From positions 63,984,001 through 64,048,000 of the forward strand of contig NC_043005.1 of NCBI RefSeq assembly GCF_006345805.1: DNA of 64,000 nucleotides. Reading direction: 5' to 3'. This DNA comes from Octopus sinensis (Eukaryota). Numbering within the stretch: the stretch's first letter is position 1; each line of letters opens with the position of its first letter. The notes under the pieces are model-generated. The model was not told the origin of the DNA, made no database searches, and worked only from the letters and a program-made list of their open reading frames with translations. Below, one piece after another: positions 1 through 12,594 of the stretch. A program made the translations under genes and the position numbers.

Positions 1-223
1 ACTGAAGGGGGCTGGGTAGCGGGTCGTGTAATTGAGCAAGCCGCTTCTTTTCATGTAGCTTAAGTTCATTCAGACGAGGTCCAACAACAGCAGGACTCTA
101 ATCGAGAGATTGACGGGTATCTCATTCAGTGGTGGGATATAATTTTGTACTAACAACTGCTTATTCCCCATGGAACCTGGGCCTAATGGACTTCTAGGTT
201 CGAGATAGGAAAGAAGGTGGAAC

Positions 224-1455
224 AACGAGATGATATCAAGACGTTCCCGGACTGGTTATGTTTAATAAAAATAACTTATTTACCTAAGTTTAAACATCCT
301 CTCCTTCGAAATAGTCACCCTGCGCAGCAAAATACCGGTCCCAGCGTTCTCTGCCACTTTTGGAATCCGGCCTGGAAGTTGTTTTCCACGAGCCAGTCGT
401 GGGCCTTCTGCGATTTGCTCTTGATCTTGACAACAGTGTTAAAACAGCGACCTTGAGCAGCATTTTCATCTTGGGTAAGAGATGGAATTCCACAGGTGCA
501 AAATGTAACGAATAGGGCGAGTACGGAAGTGATACTATGTTCTTTTTGAGGGAGTAGTGCTCAGCGATAGAGTACATTGTCGTCGTGTAGAATCCAATTC
601 TTCGCGCCCCACACATCCGGTTGCTTTCGCCGAATGTTCTCCCACAACTCCGCCAGTAGAATTCCCGATTAACGGTCTGGCTCTGGGGGACGAATTCTCT
701 ATGCACAGTACCGCAGATATCATAAAAAAAAGATAAGCATGCTTTTGATTGAACTGCGGCTCTACTGTGCCTACTCCGGTTGTGGAGATGAAATGATCTT
801 CTACTGAGACGACTCTGCTTCGTCTAAGGGTCGTATCCGTACACCCAACTCTCGTTACCGGTGATGATACACGACATGAAGGAAGGGTCATCAGCGGGAC
901 ACTGACGGAGATCTTGACAGACTTCGACGCATTGTACTTTCTGCTCAATGGTGAGCAGACGGGGGACGAACTTTATAGAATTTAAGATTGGCTGCCCAGA
1001 CCCATACGACAGACCAATAACATCAGCAATGTCATTGATTGTACTCAGACGATCTTGATGCACAAGCTGATGAATATCCTCCACATTTCCGAAGGTGACG
1101 CACGTGGCAGGTTTTCCAGATCGCTTCTACTTTTCAAGGACCTGTGCCACTCAAAATATTGCGTACAACCCATTGCTTCGTCACCGTAAGTTTGCCGAAG
1201 CATGCTCAATTTTTTGGTATTAGACTATCCAAGTTTAACGCAAAATTTCACGTTGGCTTTTGTACCATCTTACTGTCCATGACAAAAATTGCAGATTACA
1301 GCATACAAATAATCACAAAATCACAAATTTTACAACTTGCAAAGTGCACAAAGCGACGTCACTCGGCGGACTGCCTCATGAAAGTCACTGCTAGCACTCA
1401 TTGCACACGTTGGTGCGCTACGGACTAGTCCGGGGATCTTTTGACGCACCTGGTA
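224..1455 (-). mobile_element. Decayed mariner/Tc1-superfamily DNA transposon (transposase pseudogene with TIRs)
   Basis: Minus-strand ORF pieces carry mariner motifs FVPRLLT (WVPR-like), ITGNESWVYGYDP and PYSPYSLHFAPVEFHLLPKMK (YSPDLAP-like). Imperfect ~29-bp TIRs at ~224-253 (..gttcccggact) and 1427-1455 (agtccgggga..ggta). Multiple frameshifts. Confidence 0.9.
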
Positions 1456-1565
1456 TCTAAAGTTGAAAACAACTTTCAAATATAATCTGTTTTCAAATTC
1501 AAGTATTCCTGCATTGAAATACAAAACTATATATATTGAGACATTCTGCTATGTATACCTACCTG

Positions 1566-1796
1566 CCTATTTCTTTACTACCCACAAGGGGCTAAACACA
1601 GAGGGAGCAAACAAGGACAGACAAGCGGATTAAGTCGATTATATCGACCCCAATGAGTAACTAGTACTTAATTTATCGACCCCGAAAGGATGAAAGGCAA
1701 AGTCGACCTCGGCGGAATTTGAACTCAAACCGTAACGGCAGACGAAATACGGCTACGCTTTTCGCCCGGCGTGCTAACGAGTCTGCCAGCTCGCCG
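1566..1796 (-). mobile_element. tRNA-derived SINE, family B (central GCCTTTCATCCTTTCGGGGTCGATAAA domain)
   Basis: Reverse complement closely matches the full copy at 57471-57702, including the B-box (gagttcaaattcc) and the conserved central domain. Confidence 0.85.
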
Positions 1797-1972
1797 TACC
1801 TACCTACCTACATGCCTGCCTACCTGCCTACTTACCCTCTCACCAATCTACCTACCAACCTCCCTCCCTACCTACTTACCTACCTACATACATGCATACA
1901 TACATACATACATACATACATACATACATACATACATACATACATACATACATACATACATACATACATGCA
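1797..1972. repeat. (CCTA)n/(CATA)n microsatellite
   Basis: Direct reading. Confidence 0.9.
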
Positions 1973-2384
1973 TATGTATCTTTATATACTGTTGCTTAGC
2001 TCCAGGTCATTTCCAATATTGTAAATCAATAATCAAAATCGTAGGAGTCGTGACCCACCGAATTGCTTTCAGGCATTGTATTTAAAATAAAATTGTCCAA
2101 CGTATTCTTTAAAAAGTTAAATTATGCGTTCAGTAACAGGTTTTAAAAGGTTCGGGCTGATAAGAGCAAAATAGCACTGTAAAGGTAAGGCCTTCACAAA
2201 ATAGCAAAACATTATTTGTAATACGTTCACTGACAGTGCCCCAGCATGGGCACCAACGACTGTTGAACAAGGGAAAGTGTAGAAGATACATTTATTCCTA
2301 TATTGTCGCACAAGCAAACAGGATTTCTTTCAATGTTACAGTGTTATTAATCTTGTGTAAAACTTGTTCTATAGAGAGTTTCAC

Positions 2385-2834
2385 ATACGCACACATACAC
2401 ACACATACATACACACACATACACACATATACACATACACATACACACACAGATAGATAGATGGATAAATAGATATGTGTGTAGGTGTATATGTGTGGGT
2501 ATATATATATATGTGGGTGTGTGTGAGAGAGTATATATGTACATGTATATGTGTTTATATTCGTATGCATACACGTATATAAATATATACATATATCTAT
2601 ATATCTCTATATATATATATATATATATATAATCGTATATTTATATATGTGTATATACATGCATATATAATTATATGTATATTTGTATATATGTATTCAT
2701 GCAGATATGTGTGTATATATGTGTATACACACACACCTATATATATATATATACACTCAAATGAATACACACAGAGAGATACATACACACTTCACGCATG
2801 CACACACTCAAACACCACATTCACAGACACACAC

Positions 2835-2878
<44 letters not shown>

Positions 2879-2888
2879 ACATATATAT
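2385..2888. repeat. Compound (CA)/(TA)/(TG) microsatellite
   Basis: Direct reading. Confidence 0.85.
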
Positions 2889-4872
2889 CATTTTCCAATA
2901 TTTCTCGCACAATAACTTAGATTTGTCTATTCGAGGTATTATTTCAATATGAAAGAAGGAAGTGAGCGAATAAAAAGAAGCGTATATTTGACTTTTGAAG
3001 TCAATTAATCTTGATACGTGTTAGATACCAAAGAAAGTCCGTAGGGAGTCAGCGAGGTCATGCTGATAAATGTTGGCAGGAAAAACGAAACGAAACGAAG
3101 GGAATGTTAAGGCGGAAAGAAATAATTCTTTGACTGCATTCTGAATAATGGCTAAATGTAATAAAGGAAATGTAGCAAAAGGAAACTAATTTATTTAAGA
3201 ATATTGATTTTTAACATACGCACAGTTCTCAATAACATGAAGAAGGATATAGGTGATCATATCGATCCCAAGACTTGACAAATATCTATTTTATTCACGC
3301 TTACTGGAGCCTGACAATTCCAATTGCAAAATTAGTAGACATAGCATATTATTAGATAAACCTGCCTTATTAACACATGAAAATCACAGAGTAATTCCGC
3401 AGCTGCTCAAAGATCAGCAGATACGTTTTTGCAATACAGTGCAGTCTGGTATCACGCGAAACGTCTATGTTTATATTTGAGAGAAAGCATTAGAATATGA
3501 ATAGAATTAGCCATAATGTTACCTATTAAACATTGTAACAATGAGATTTATATAAGGAATGAAGTTTTGTTCTTCAATGCTGTTCAGACCATTGTGCGGT
3601 TGACAGTGGAAGAATCTACGAGGAAGACGTGCCAGATATGTTCGAAAATCTGAGTTGTTGTCTCTTTTGTACGGATTCATTGATGGTGGTTTTAAGTCTA
3701 CAATTGACTTCTGTGTTTGGAAGGCAGAGAATGAACCCAGAAAAACTGAGAAATTTCCGAAGCCATTGGATGTTTACTCACTGTGCATTTGTAGGGGATG
3801 GTACTGCTATGGTATCATATTCTGGAAGCATTCTAATTGTTGTTACTCTACGTAGAACATGTGGTGCGAAGTGCCATTGGTTTTATATATGTTCAGAATA
3901 ATCCTTTCATAATCCTTTCATAATTCGCAACAGAAATTGATATGATGACTTGCAAATTTTCTGCAGTGTGAGATAGAAAATCAGTTATCAGCGTACTTCA
4001 GCTCAAAAATCTGCTCAGCTTTTGTCTGTTAGTGGCTGTAACCAACTAACAGCGACTCGAGACTGTCCTTTCTCTTGCATAACACTATTGTTACTTAGAG
4101 GAGGAAATGCTTAAGAGTGCCGACACTTCGCTTATTTCCTGTTTTTACTCCATAAGTCTGAATCCATTGCCTTAATGAAAAATGTAGGCCGCGTTTTTCA
4201 TGTGTAGAATCAATAAATAAGATTCACACAACTGGGTGAGAAACAGAGTTTTATGAAAATATTTCACACATAGAACCGAAAGCATTTAACGTTTGTGCAA
4301 ATCTAATTTGCAGGTTCTTAGTTCTCTTATTGCATTTCTCCTGAAGTTAATTTTCAAAGATGATCTTGATGATACTGCCTCAGTTTTTGCCGAAGTCACA
4401 CCAGGAATCTAATTTGATATTCTCTGACATTCATTACACCAATTATGTGAACTTGGTCATAATCATCTAGCAACCGATAGTATATAGTTATACAGTTAAT
4501 TTTGAAAGCAGACACATTTGGTTTCTTCGTTTTCAAAAGATGGTCGCAATGTAAGCCTCTTTCTCGTGTTAAGATTACAATCCTTGTTCCATTCCGGCGT
4601 ATGAAATACTTTTATATAGATATATTCACGCTATGTCGACACTTCTTTAAGAATATTATCGAGTCAGTGATATTTATTGCTTTATATGGTTTTCGATGAT
4701 CCACCAGCCTTAGAAAAATACACATCAACTGCCAAATAAACTAATCAAAATATTTCTCTTAACTACTTATGACTGAAATCCTGACTAGAGATGTGCCGTC
4801 TGCTGATTTCACTGGTACAATGAGATAATACACATACACACACACTCACAGCCACCCACTGACAAACACACA

Positions 4873-4931
<59 letters not shown>

Positions 4932-5014
4932 GAAATTACGGAAAAACAAAAGACAAAGACAGGTGTATAAACAACAAGCAGGTGTATTAGTTTAACGATG
5001 GGGAAGGTGAGAAG

Positions 5015-5052
5015 GTCTTTTATATTTCGAGCCTACTCTCTTCAACAGAAAC
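5015..5052 (-). ncRNA. Degenerate minimal type-I hammerhead motif in a PLE-like fragment next to (TA)n
   Basis: Minus strand reads gttt CTGTTGA A GAG agtagg CTC GAAA TATA aaagac. Same architecture as 17186-17222 and 36309-36343. A6 is mutated. Confidence 0.5.
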
Positions 5053-5280
5053 GAACACGAGGAAATAAACAGAGAGAGAGAATAAGAAAAAAATACTTGT
5101 AGATTTGACGGTCAATCATCGCGACCTATTCGCAGCAGGCGTTATATAAATATGTTAACGTATCAATCTGCATTTCCATTGGGTAACTTGTTTGACACAT
5201 CTCACTCGCAGATAACTTCAACATATTCCGGCACTGAAAACCAAAATTCGAAAACACACACACACATACAGATATATCTC

Positions 5281-6309
5281 TCTATATATAAAACTGAGGA
5301 TGTGTGTCTGTCTGTCTGTGTGTTTCCCTAAAACTTGAGAACTACCCAACCAATTTCATTCAAATTTTACACATGCCTTACTTAGGGTCCGAGGAGTGTC
5401 ATCGGCAAAAAATCGTTTAACTTTTTGCCTAGGGCGAGCTCACAGCAATATCATATCTTCTCCACTATTTCAGTATTACGTGTTAAAAGTGAAACAAAAA
5501 CATTTCTCTATTTTATGTCAGATACTTTCACTTTAACAATAAAAATAATAATAATAATTGAATTATATGTAGTAAGTAATAATTAAAATCAAACTAAAGT
5601 ATAATATAATTGTAACATAACAAAAGTAAAAATAGCAATTGGTATAAAATTGCATCAATAACTTGAACTTGAATAAGTGGTTTCACATGAATGGGAATAA
5701 ATTAAAAATAAAATTAGCGTGCAGAAATGGAATAGTCCAGATGGATAATAAAAAATTAAATCAAAGAAAAGACTATTGTCTATAAAGTATACAATGTAGA
5801 CAAAAAAGATTTGAACACATGGAGAAAAGCACTATCAAAAAGTGTTTTGGTGCGACTATGAAGATATCTAACCAGAGGCGGTAAATTCGCCACAATAGAA
5901 GCAAGGTTTGAGTCAACGGAGCGTGCAAAGGAGTACTCGACTCGAACTTGCAAAGTGGAAATATTTTATTTTTACCTTTATATCTGGGACGTAGGACGTG
6001 CCGGATAAAAATTTTAAATGCCCCCCCACCCCGAAGTTGAGGTAGGCTGGATTGTAGCCACACTTCTATACAAGAGGGAGGACAAGATACAATTGATCGA
6101 AATTGCAAGAGACGGGCTTACAATTCCAGTCTGTTATATATTTTGATTATTGTTATCACTAGCGATATCAAGATATAACTTTGTATTTTGTATTTTATGT
6201 GTAGATGTATATATATAGATGTACATGTAATATGTACACATATATATATATATACACATATATACATGCACTAGCACTATGACCCGGCAACGACGGGTCA
6301 TAATGCTAG
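5281..6309 (+). mobile_element. Non-autonomous Helitron-like element (boundaries approximate)
   Basis: 5' TCTATATATAAAAC..gtgtgtctgtctg start, 3' GC hairpin gacccg-gcaacga-cgggtc followed by CTAG|T. Similar in layout to the element at 53990-54383. Confidence 0.6.
5766..6074 (+). pseudogene. Frameshifted fragment of L1/Tx1-like ORF1, homologous to 51160-51760
   Basis: Hand translation across frameshifts gives EKTIVYKVYNVDKK..YLTRGGKFATIEARFESTERAKEY..LFLPLYLGRR, which aligns with KKTITCKVYSVESRK..YLAKGNGYGTMVVQFKTAKEAKRL..LLPTKLGKR. Confidence 0.7.
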
Positions 6310-6361
6310 TATATATATATATATATATATATATATCATCACTAAATGTGACTGAGGTTGC

Positions 6362-6522
6362 TGAGGAACCTATATTTTTAGAAATAAGAATTAAAGACTC
6401 TTAATGCTGGAAGAAAAACTTATTATATATACACTGACAAGGGTGTCAATACATATATATTGCACTCTTCTTACAACATCAAGAGTCTTTAACTCTTATT
6501 TCTAGCAATATAGGTGCTTCGG
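6362..6522. repeat. Imperfect inverted repeat (fold-back) next to (TA)n
   Basis: Arms ~6362-6415 and ~6466-6522 (cctatatt..gaaataaga..aaagactctt / aagagtcttt..tcttatttc..aatatagg). Confidence 0.8.
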
Positions 6523-6578
6523 TCCCCCCTAAATGTTGCTTTTATATCATATTGCGACTAGCCGTTTTTAATATTATA

Positions 6579-6640
<62 letters not shown>

Positions 6641-6645
<5 letters not shown>

Positions 6646-6783
6646 GAGTAAATAATTTCTTCGGTGGTTTTTCAGACAACCAACAATTATTTACCGCTAA
6701 TGGTCATATTTACATACCGAATTCTACCGGTAAATAATTGTTGGTTGTCTGAAAAACCATCGAAGAAATTATTTACTCTTATT
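6641..6783. repeat. Near-perfect ~56-bp-arm hairpin after (AAT)n
   Basis: 6641-6696 is the reverse complement of 6728-6783 with one mismatch; ~31-nt loop. Confidence 0.9.
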
Positions 6784-6998
6784 ATTATATTACTAATTGG
6801 AATTTTCACTCCCTTACGACGACCCATAGTTTCTAACCCTAAGGAACTATTCTTGTAATGCGCATGGCAAAATTTTGGAGGGAGAATTTACGGATTCAAT
6901 CGTCAACATAGGTTTAGCCTATGCTCGCTTTTCTCCCACTACTTTGATGTCGCCTGGTCAAAGGTGGAGGTAGGTGGCATTTGATAAATCTATCGAAG

Positions 6999-7063
6999 AT
7001 GGCGATGATGAAAGACATGAAGTATTTTCTTACTTCTGATCCTGAAACATGCGTGTCCGCTAT
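6999..7063 (+). ncRNA. Type-I hammerhead ribozyme motif (C3A-mutated)
   Basis: ATGGCG ATGATGA [stem II GAAGTA/TACTTC] GAAA CATGCGTG TC CGCTAT. 6-bp stem I, near-palindromic stem III ACATGCGTGT, GUC site. Confidence 0.7.
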
Positions 7064-7217
7064 TAACGGTAAGGCATTGTTTTCGTTATTTATTCCTCCT
7101 ATTTTGCATTTGTGAATTACAGGGTTATGTGGTATGTGGAGCCCCACTTGTAGAAAATAGAAATAAATAGTCTCTGACTGCTATTTCTAATTCTTCCTGT
7201 TGCCTGCCCTTCTACTT

Positions 7218-7252
<35 letters not shown>

Positions 7253-7337
7253 TGAGGAGATAATCATTAAAATGATTATATCAATGGTTAGCTTATAAAA
7301 AATGATCATATCTGTAAATTTTACCGATAATTTTACC

Positions 7338-7386
<49 letters not shown>

Positions 7387-7447
7387 GTATATAGCAAGAG
7401 AGAGAGAGAGAGATAGAGAGAGGTACACATATATATCTACGTGCATA

Positions 7448-7498
<51 letters not shown>

Positions 7499-9672
7499 GC
7501 TCCAATTTGTTGTCTTCTTGATGTATGAAATTATAAACTGTAATAAAACCTGTTACAAGTTTCCGTAATGAAAATTGATTGATTAATTTACTTCAGATTT
7601 TAACATGCGTTTCAGATTGACTAGAACTGTTTGGGAATTCGAACGAAGATAAGTTGTTTGATTTTGCAATGTATCCCTTTGATGTAAGTGCAGGATGCCA
7701 TGAATGAGTTTAGGGTTTAAAAGGAAATACAGCCACAAAACAAAGCTAAACTGTTTTATACTCTGCAACCTAATGTATGAAAGGCAGCTTTAAATTAGGG
7801 AATGTTTCCATTCGCTGAAGACACAATTGAAAATTTCGATATGTCAGTTCACAATCAAGTAATTTTTTTTTTTTAAATATATATCTATTGTTTCATTTGA
7901 AATAAAGTTCTGACATGTGCAATTACCAGCATCGGAATAAGAGAGTATGGGAACGAATGAATTTCAATTTTGTGCTGACTCTCTAATCTCAAGATTGATT
8001 ATAGTTTACTGAAATAATATGATCTTTCTAAGCTCAATGTTCTTGTGGCAAATCTATTTATTCCTTTTTATCCAACTTTAATATATGTTATTGTGATTCC
8101 TTTCAAATTTCGCATCGATCACTATGTGTTGAGCGTTTTTGATGAAACTGCAAGTTACACTATTTTGCTTTACTAGAGGTTTTACAATAAGTTTGCTTTT
8201 GTTTTTAACTCTTGATTCAGCTATTCTCATTTTGGTTTATATCCAAGTTTACCCCGATCGAGAGGATCAATAACCAAATATACATACTCTACCTATGTAT
8301 GACTTTATTTTCGGGTCTGGTGTATGTACAACTATGTTATCAAGTGTGTCCTTCTGTTTTTAAGACAGCAGAGTATATTTTAAAGGTGATTAGACTGTTC
8401 AGGCTATCAGGACGAACCACTGCATAGAGACCCTTACTATCGCCTCAAATTTTTCCCTCCATTTTATCTAGATGGAGGATATATCTAAGACCTCTCTAAC
8501 TAATGCCTCTATGAAATAACATTCCACCGTCTTAAAATGATAAGGATACTGTCAACAATGTAGTACCTTATATACAACATAACGGAATGGTCATAACTGG
8601 AGAAGCTTTTGATCGTAGATCTACTACATTATGGGTGATCTGGTATAAGCAACTATAGCAAAATAACCAATAATATAATAAATGTTCCAGGATTGACCTT
8701 AACTTGCGACATTCAGTGCACTGGTGTCATGAGTTGCATGTAAATATTTGATGTCAAAATTTATTGATATAAGTGTACTCGTGCCAGGCACGACGACAGA
8801 ATATTTCTATAATTCAGTTACTTTTTATGAACGTTCTAGAATCCTAATGCGCATGATGACAATACACACTCACAAAAGAAATTGCATGCAAAAAATAACG
8901 ACCAGAATCCATTACGTATAGAAAAATGTTACGAAGTTTATTAGCTGATAAGTGGAAAACATGTAAGTAGTATCTAGAAAACAAAAAGAAATATTTGGTA
9001 ACGTCTTGTTGTAATTTAAATATAAGAAAATTATTTCAGCTGGTAAGAGGCTTTTTTTAAAAAAAATTTTTGATTAGCTCTAAGAGAAGCATAATGAAAC
9101 TAATTTGTTAAAAAGTAACAAAGACTTCGTTAGATCACATTTTTCAGTATTACTTAAGATTCACACGGCGCGTACATGTAAAGATGTGTTCATGCAAGAA
9201 AATAAATATATATCTCATTACAACAATGTATACATATTGCATCTATGTGTGAGTATACTTGCACAAATGTACCTACGTACATAAGCACATACAAACGCAC
9301 AAAAACTGCGGGGAAGATGGTTAGAAAGTGAGTGATTATATGATGAACATTTGCTCATAACATGTAGTTTTGTACACGTATGTTTCTCATCTGTTTTTAA
9401 TTTTTTAAATTTTTCCTTAGAAGAAGGAGCTGGTTTCTAATGTATGTATGTATGGATGGATGGATAGATGGATGGATGGATGCATGCATGTATTCAGTTT
9501 ATTTCTAGATTCTTGCCAATAGGGAAAGAACCAGTTTCTAACCTAGATCCAAGTGTTTTTCATTGGAATTTCAACATCAACAACAGGGTATTTTTATTAG
9601 TATGTATGTATGTATGTATGTATGTATGTATGTATGTATGTATGTATGTATGTGTGTATGTATGTATGTATG

Positions 9673-9777
9673 TAGAGACACTTGCTGCCAACCGCTCATC
9701 CTGGCGCAGCGCAATCACCGTGGGAGCAAGGACAGCCGAGGAGGGACGGATTCGGTCAGCGGAGCAGAAACGTCAGA
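9673..9777 (+). mobile_element. RTE-clade LINE ORF2 C-terminal fragment embedded in (TATG)n
   Basis: Translates ETLAANRSSWRSAITVGARTAEEGRIRSAEQKRQ, matching the WE..A.DR..WR..V..G....E..R.....KR C-terminal signature of RTE/BovB ORF2. Confidence 0.7.
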
Positions 9778-10118
9778 TGTATGTATGTATGTATGCATGT
9801 ATGTATGTACGTACGCACGCACGTACATATGTCAGTGCATCTGTGTGTATGTATATGTCAGGTCACTCTTAGTATTGCTAACTAAGTAACAGGTAACTAG
9901 GTACAACCTGTCGCATGGTCGGACAGTCGGTGACAAAACTGTCAACCCTATTTAGCTTACTCGCTAGGAAGCGTGGTCTCGTTGGAGACACTGCAGGGTG
10001 AAAAACAAAACCTATGAATGGGTGGATTAACTCCGTTGGGACTGAAATACCACAAACTTGCTGTTCGTGGTATAGAGGACAATCTAGCTGCGTTGTAATT
10101 TAAATATTTATATATACA

Positions 10119-10151
<33 letters not shown>

Positions 10152-10153
<2 letters not shown>

Positions 10154-10573
10154 TCTTACTCTCTTTTACTCTTTTACTTGTTTCAGTCATTTGACTGCGG
10201 CCATGCTGGAGCACCGCCTTTAGTCGAGCAAATCGACCCCGGGACTTATTCTTTGTAAGCCCAGTACTTATTCTATCGGTCTCTTTTGCCGAACCGCTAA
10301 GTGACGGGGACGTAAACACACCAGCATCGGTTGTCAAGCAATGTTAGCGGGGACAAACACAGACACATAAACATATACACACACACATACATATATATAT
10401 ATATAAATATATACGACAGGCTTCTTTCAGTTTCCGTCTACCAAATCCACTCACAAGGCTTTGGTCGGCCCGAGGCTATAGCAGAAGACACTTGCCCAAG
10501 ATGCCACGCAGTGGGACTGAACGCGGAACCATGTGGTTGGTTAGCAAGCTACTTACCACACAGCCACTCCTGC
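10152..10573 (-). mobile_element. tRNA-derived SINE, family A (full length)
   Basis: Head ggagtggctgtgtggtaag..ggttccg..ttcagtccc, internal microsatellite, (AAAAGAGT)n tail. Other copies at 27899, 28737 and 44405. Confidence 0.9.
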
Positions 10574-10641
10574 ATGTATGTGTACACACGCGCGATTGAG
10601 TTCGTGCGTTTGTGTGTTGTGTGTATGTGTGTATGTACGTA

Positions 10642-10733
<92 letters not shown>

Positions 10734-11264
10734 TGTGTGTGTGTGTGTGAGTGAGTGAGTGTGTGTGTGTGAGTGTGTGTGTGTATACTGGAGTGCACAC
10801 AGTTGCTCCATACATCTAAATATTGGACCTGCACTACACACAAAGATAAAGAAATTATATTAAGGATTACTTCCATGATATTTGATCATCTGTATCGATT
10901 ACGCTCTTGGCAGTTCTGAATATTTTAGATGTCAGCACTTCAGAACGTTATGTTTGTTATTTTGCCAATGTTTGTCATTTTGTCGTGGAGACTTCCCACA
11001 CTTGAGTATCATACGAAAAACAGGCCATTAACAAATTAGCATTAATCTACATGCAGCCTAGCAGCTTTAAATGTTTACCCAAAGAACTGAATTAATTGCT
11101 TGACGTGTGAAAGCTCAGTTATTCTTTAAAAAACGATCCAAATCAAAATAGCATATCTGTTCGTATAAATGAATTCTGGGTACATTTGCATCCACTTTGT
11201 GGTGCATAAAATGAGACTAGTGGTGCTGTTATCACGTAGCATCCATTTCGTTATCATTTGTTTT

Positions 11265-11435
11265 TTGCTATTTCTACCGGTTCCTTACGTTCAGTGTTCA
11301 AATTCCGCCGAGGTCGATTTTGCCTTTCATACTCTCGAGATCGATAAAATAGGTAAAATTCAAGTACTAGGGTCGATGTAGTCGATTAACCTTATCTCCT
11401 AAAATTGTTGGCCACGTACCAAAATTAGGAAGAAT
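11265..11435 (+). mobile_element. SINE family B, degenerate
   Basis: gttcaaattccgccgaggtcgattttgcctttcat..gtcgat motif. Confidence 0.7.
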
Positions 11436-12242
11436 AATTAAGGCTCTGTCCCCCCCACCCTGAAATCTGTGTTGTAGTAGGCGCAGAGGTTCCTATAGAT
11501 TTGAAAACTGTAGGATAACGGATAAAAAAATTAGTTTTCTAATCACATAGTGACTATTGATGTGTAGAGATAAATATTTCCTTGAAATGCTTGCAGCAAA
11601 TACTAGCTAATGCCGTTAAGCCAAACAATTTTACGTACAACCATTTCTGTGTCAGTTAACGTTTGAAGTTGAGAACACCTTCGTTATCAATTCATCTGCA
11701 GTATTAAGAATTATGCTTATGGGAGCTGCACTATTGGCATTATATCTGCCCGAAGAAAAATTACGACCTGCAACAAATTACACATTTTTGGCAAAATAAC
11801 CAGGCAGTTGATCTTCAAACACATTGATTCTCATATTTGTAAACAGTTTGAAAATTCTAAGCATAGTCCTGATTTTTTTAACTTTTGTTCTGGTGAATAT
11901 TAGTAGCTGTGTCTGATGGAAGTAACCGCGCAGTGCAAATACTACTCCTCGCTTTTGAAAGTAGTTTTCACGAAAATCTGCAACCAGACATTGTTAACCA
12001 ATGCTTATTCGTCTCAGATGATCACACGATATCTCATAGGAGATACTGCACTCAATCTATATATACATAATGCATACACACGTGTTTATATATACATACA
12101 TATATATATATATCATTTAGATATAGAAGTCTCCATGCAATTCATCAAATCCTAATATACATCACACCATATCATAGAATTTTGTTTTAATACTTACTAT
12201 TTCAGTTCCAAATTTCTCTTCTACACTTGTTTCATGAGGTGC

Positions 12243-12280
12243 GTTTAACGTTCCCGAGACACTCAGTCTTTTTCAGAAAC
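12243..12280 (-). ncRNA. Degenerate minimal hammerhead motif
   Basis: Minus strand gttt CTGAAAA AGAC tgagt GTCT cgggaa CGT T aaac. Stems I and II and the ACGT palindrome are present; the core is mutated. Confidence 0.45.
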
Positions 12281-12594
12281 ATGTATTAACTGCAACCCCA
12301 ATCATCAGGACTCTCCATAACATATTTATAATTCTATAACTATTCCTATATTTTTATATTTTTTCAGTTACGAATCTAACAAACAAACATGCGGGTGTGC
12401 AAAGTTCGCCAAACCTTGCCGTGTAAGCCATAATTTAATTAATTAAAAATTTATTTACACACCCGCATATTTGTTCGTTAGTTACATTCGTAACTAATAA
12501 AATATAAAAAAATATAGGAATAGTTATAGAATTACAAATAAGTTATGGAGAGTCCTGATGATTTGGGTTGCAGTTAAGTCATGTTTCTGAAAAA
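12269..12594. repeat. Long imperfect inverted repeat (~130-bp arms)
   Basis: ~12269-12400 is the reverse complement of ~12457-12594. Confidence 0.9.
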
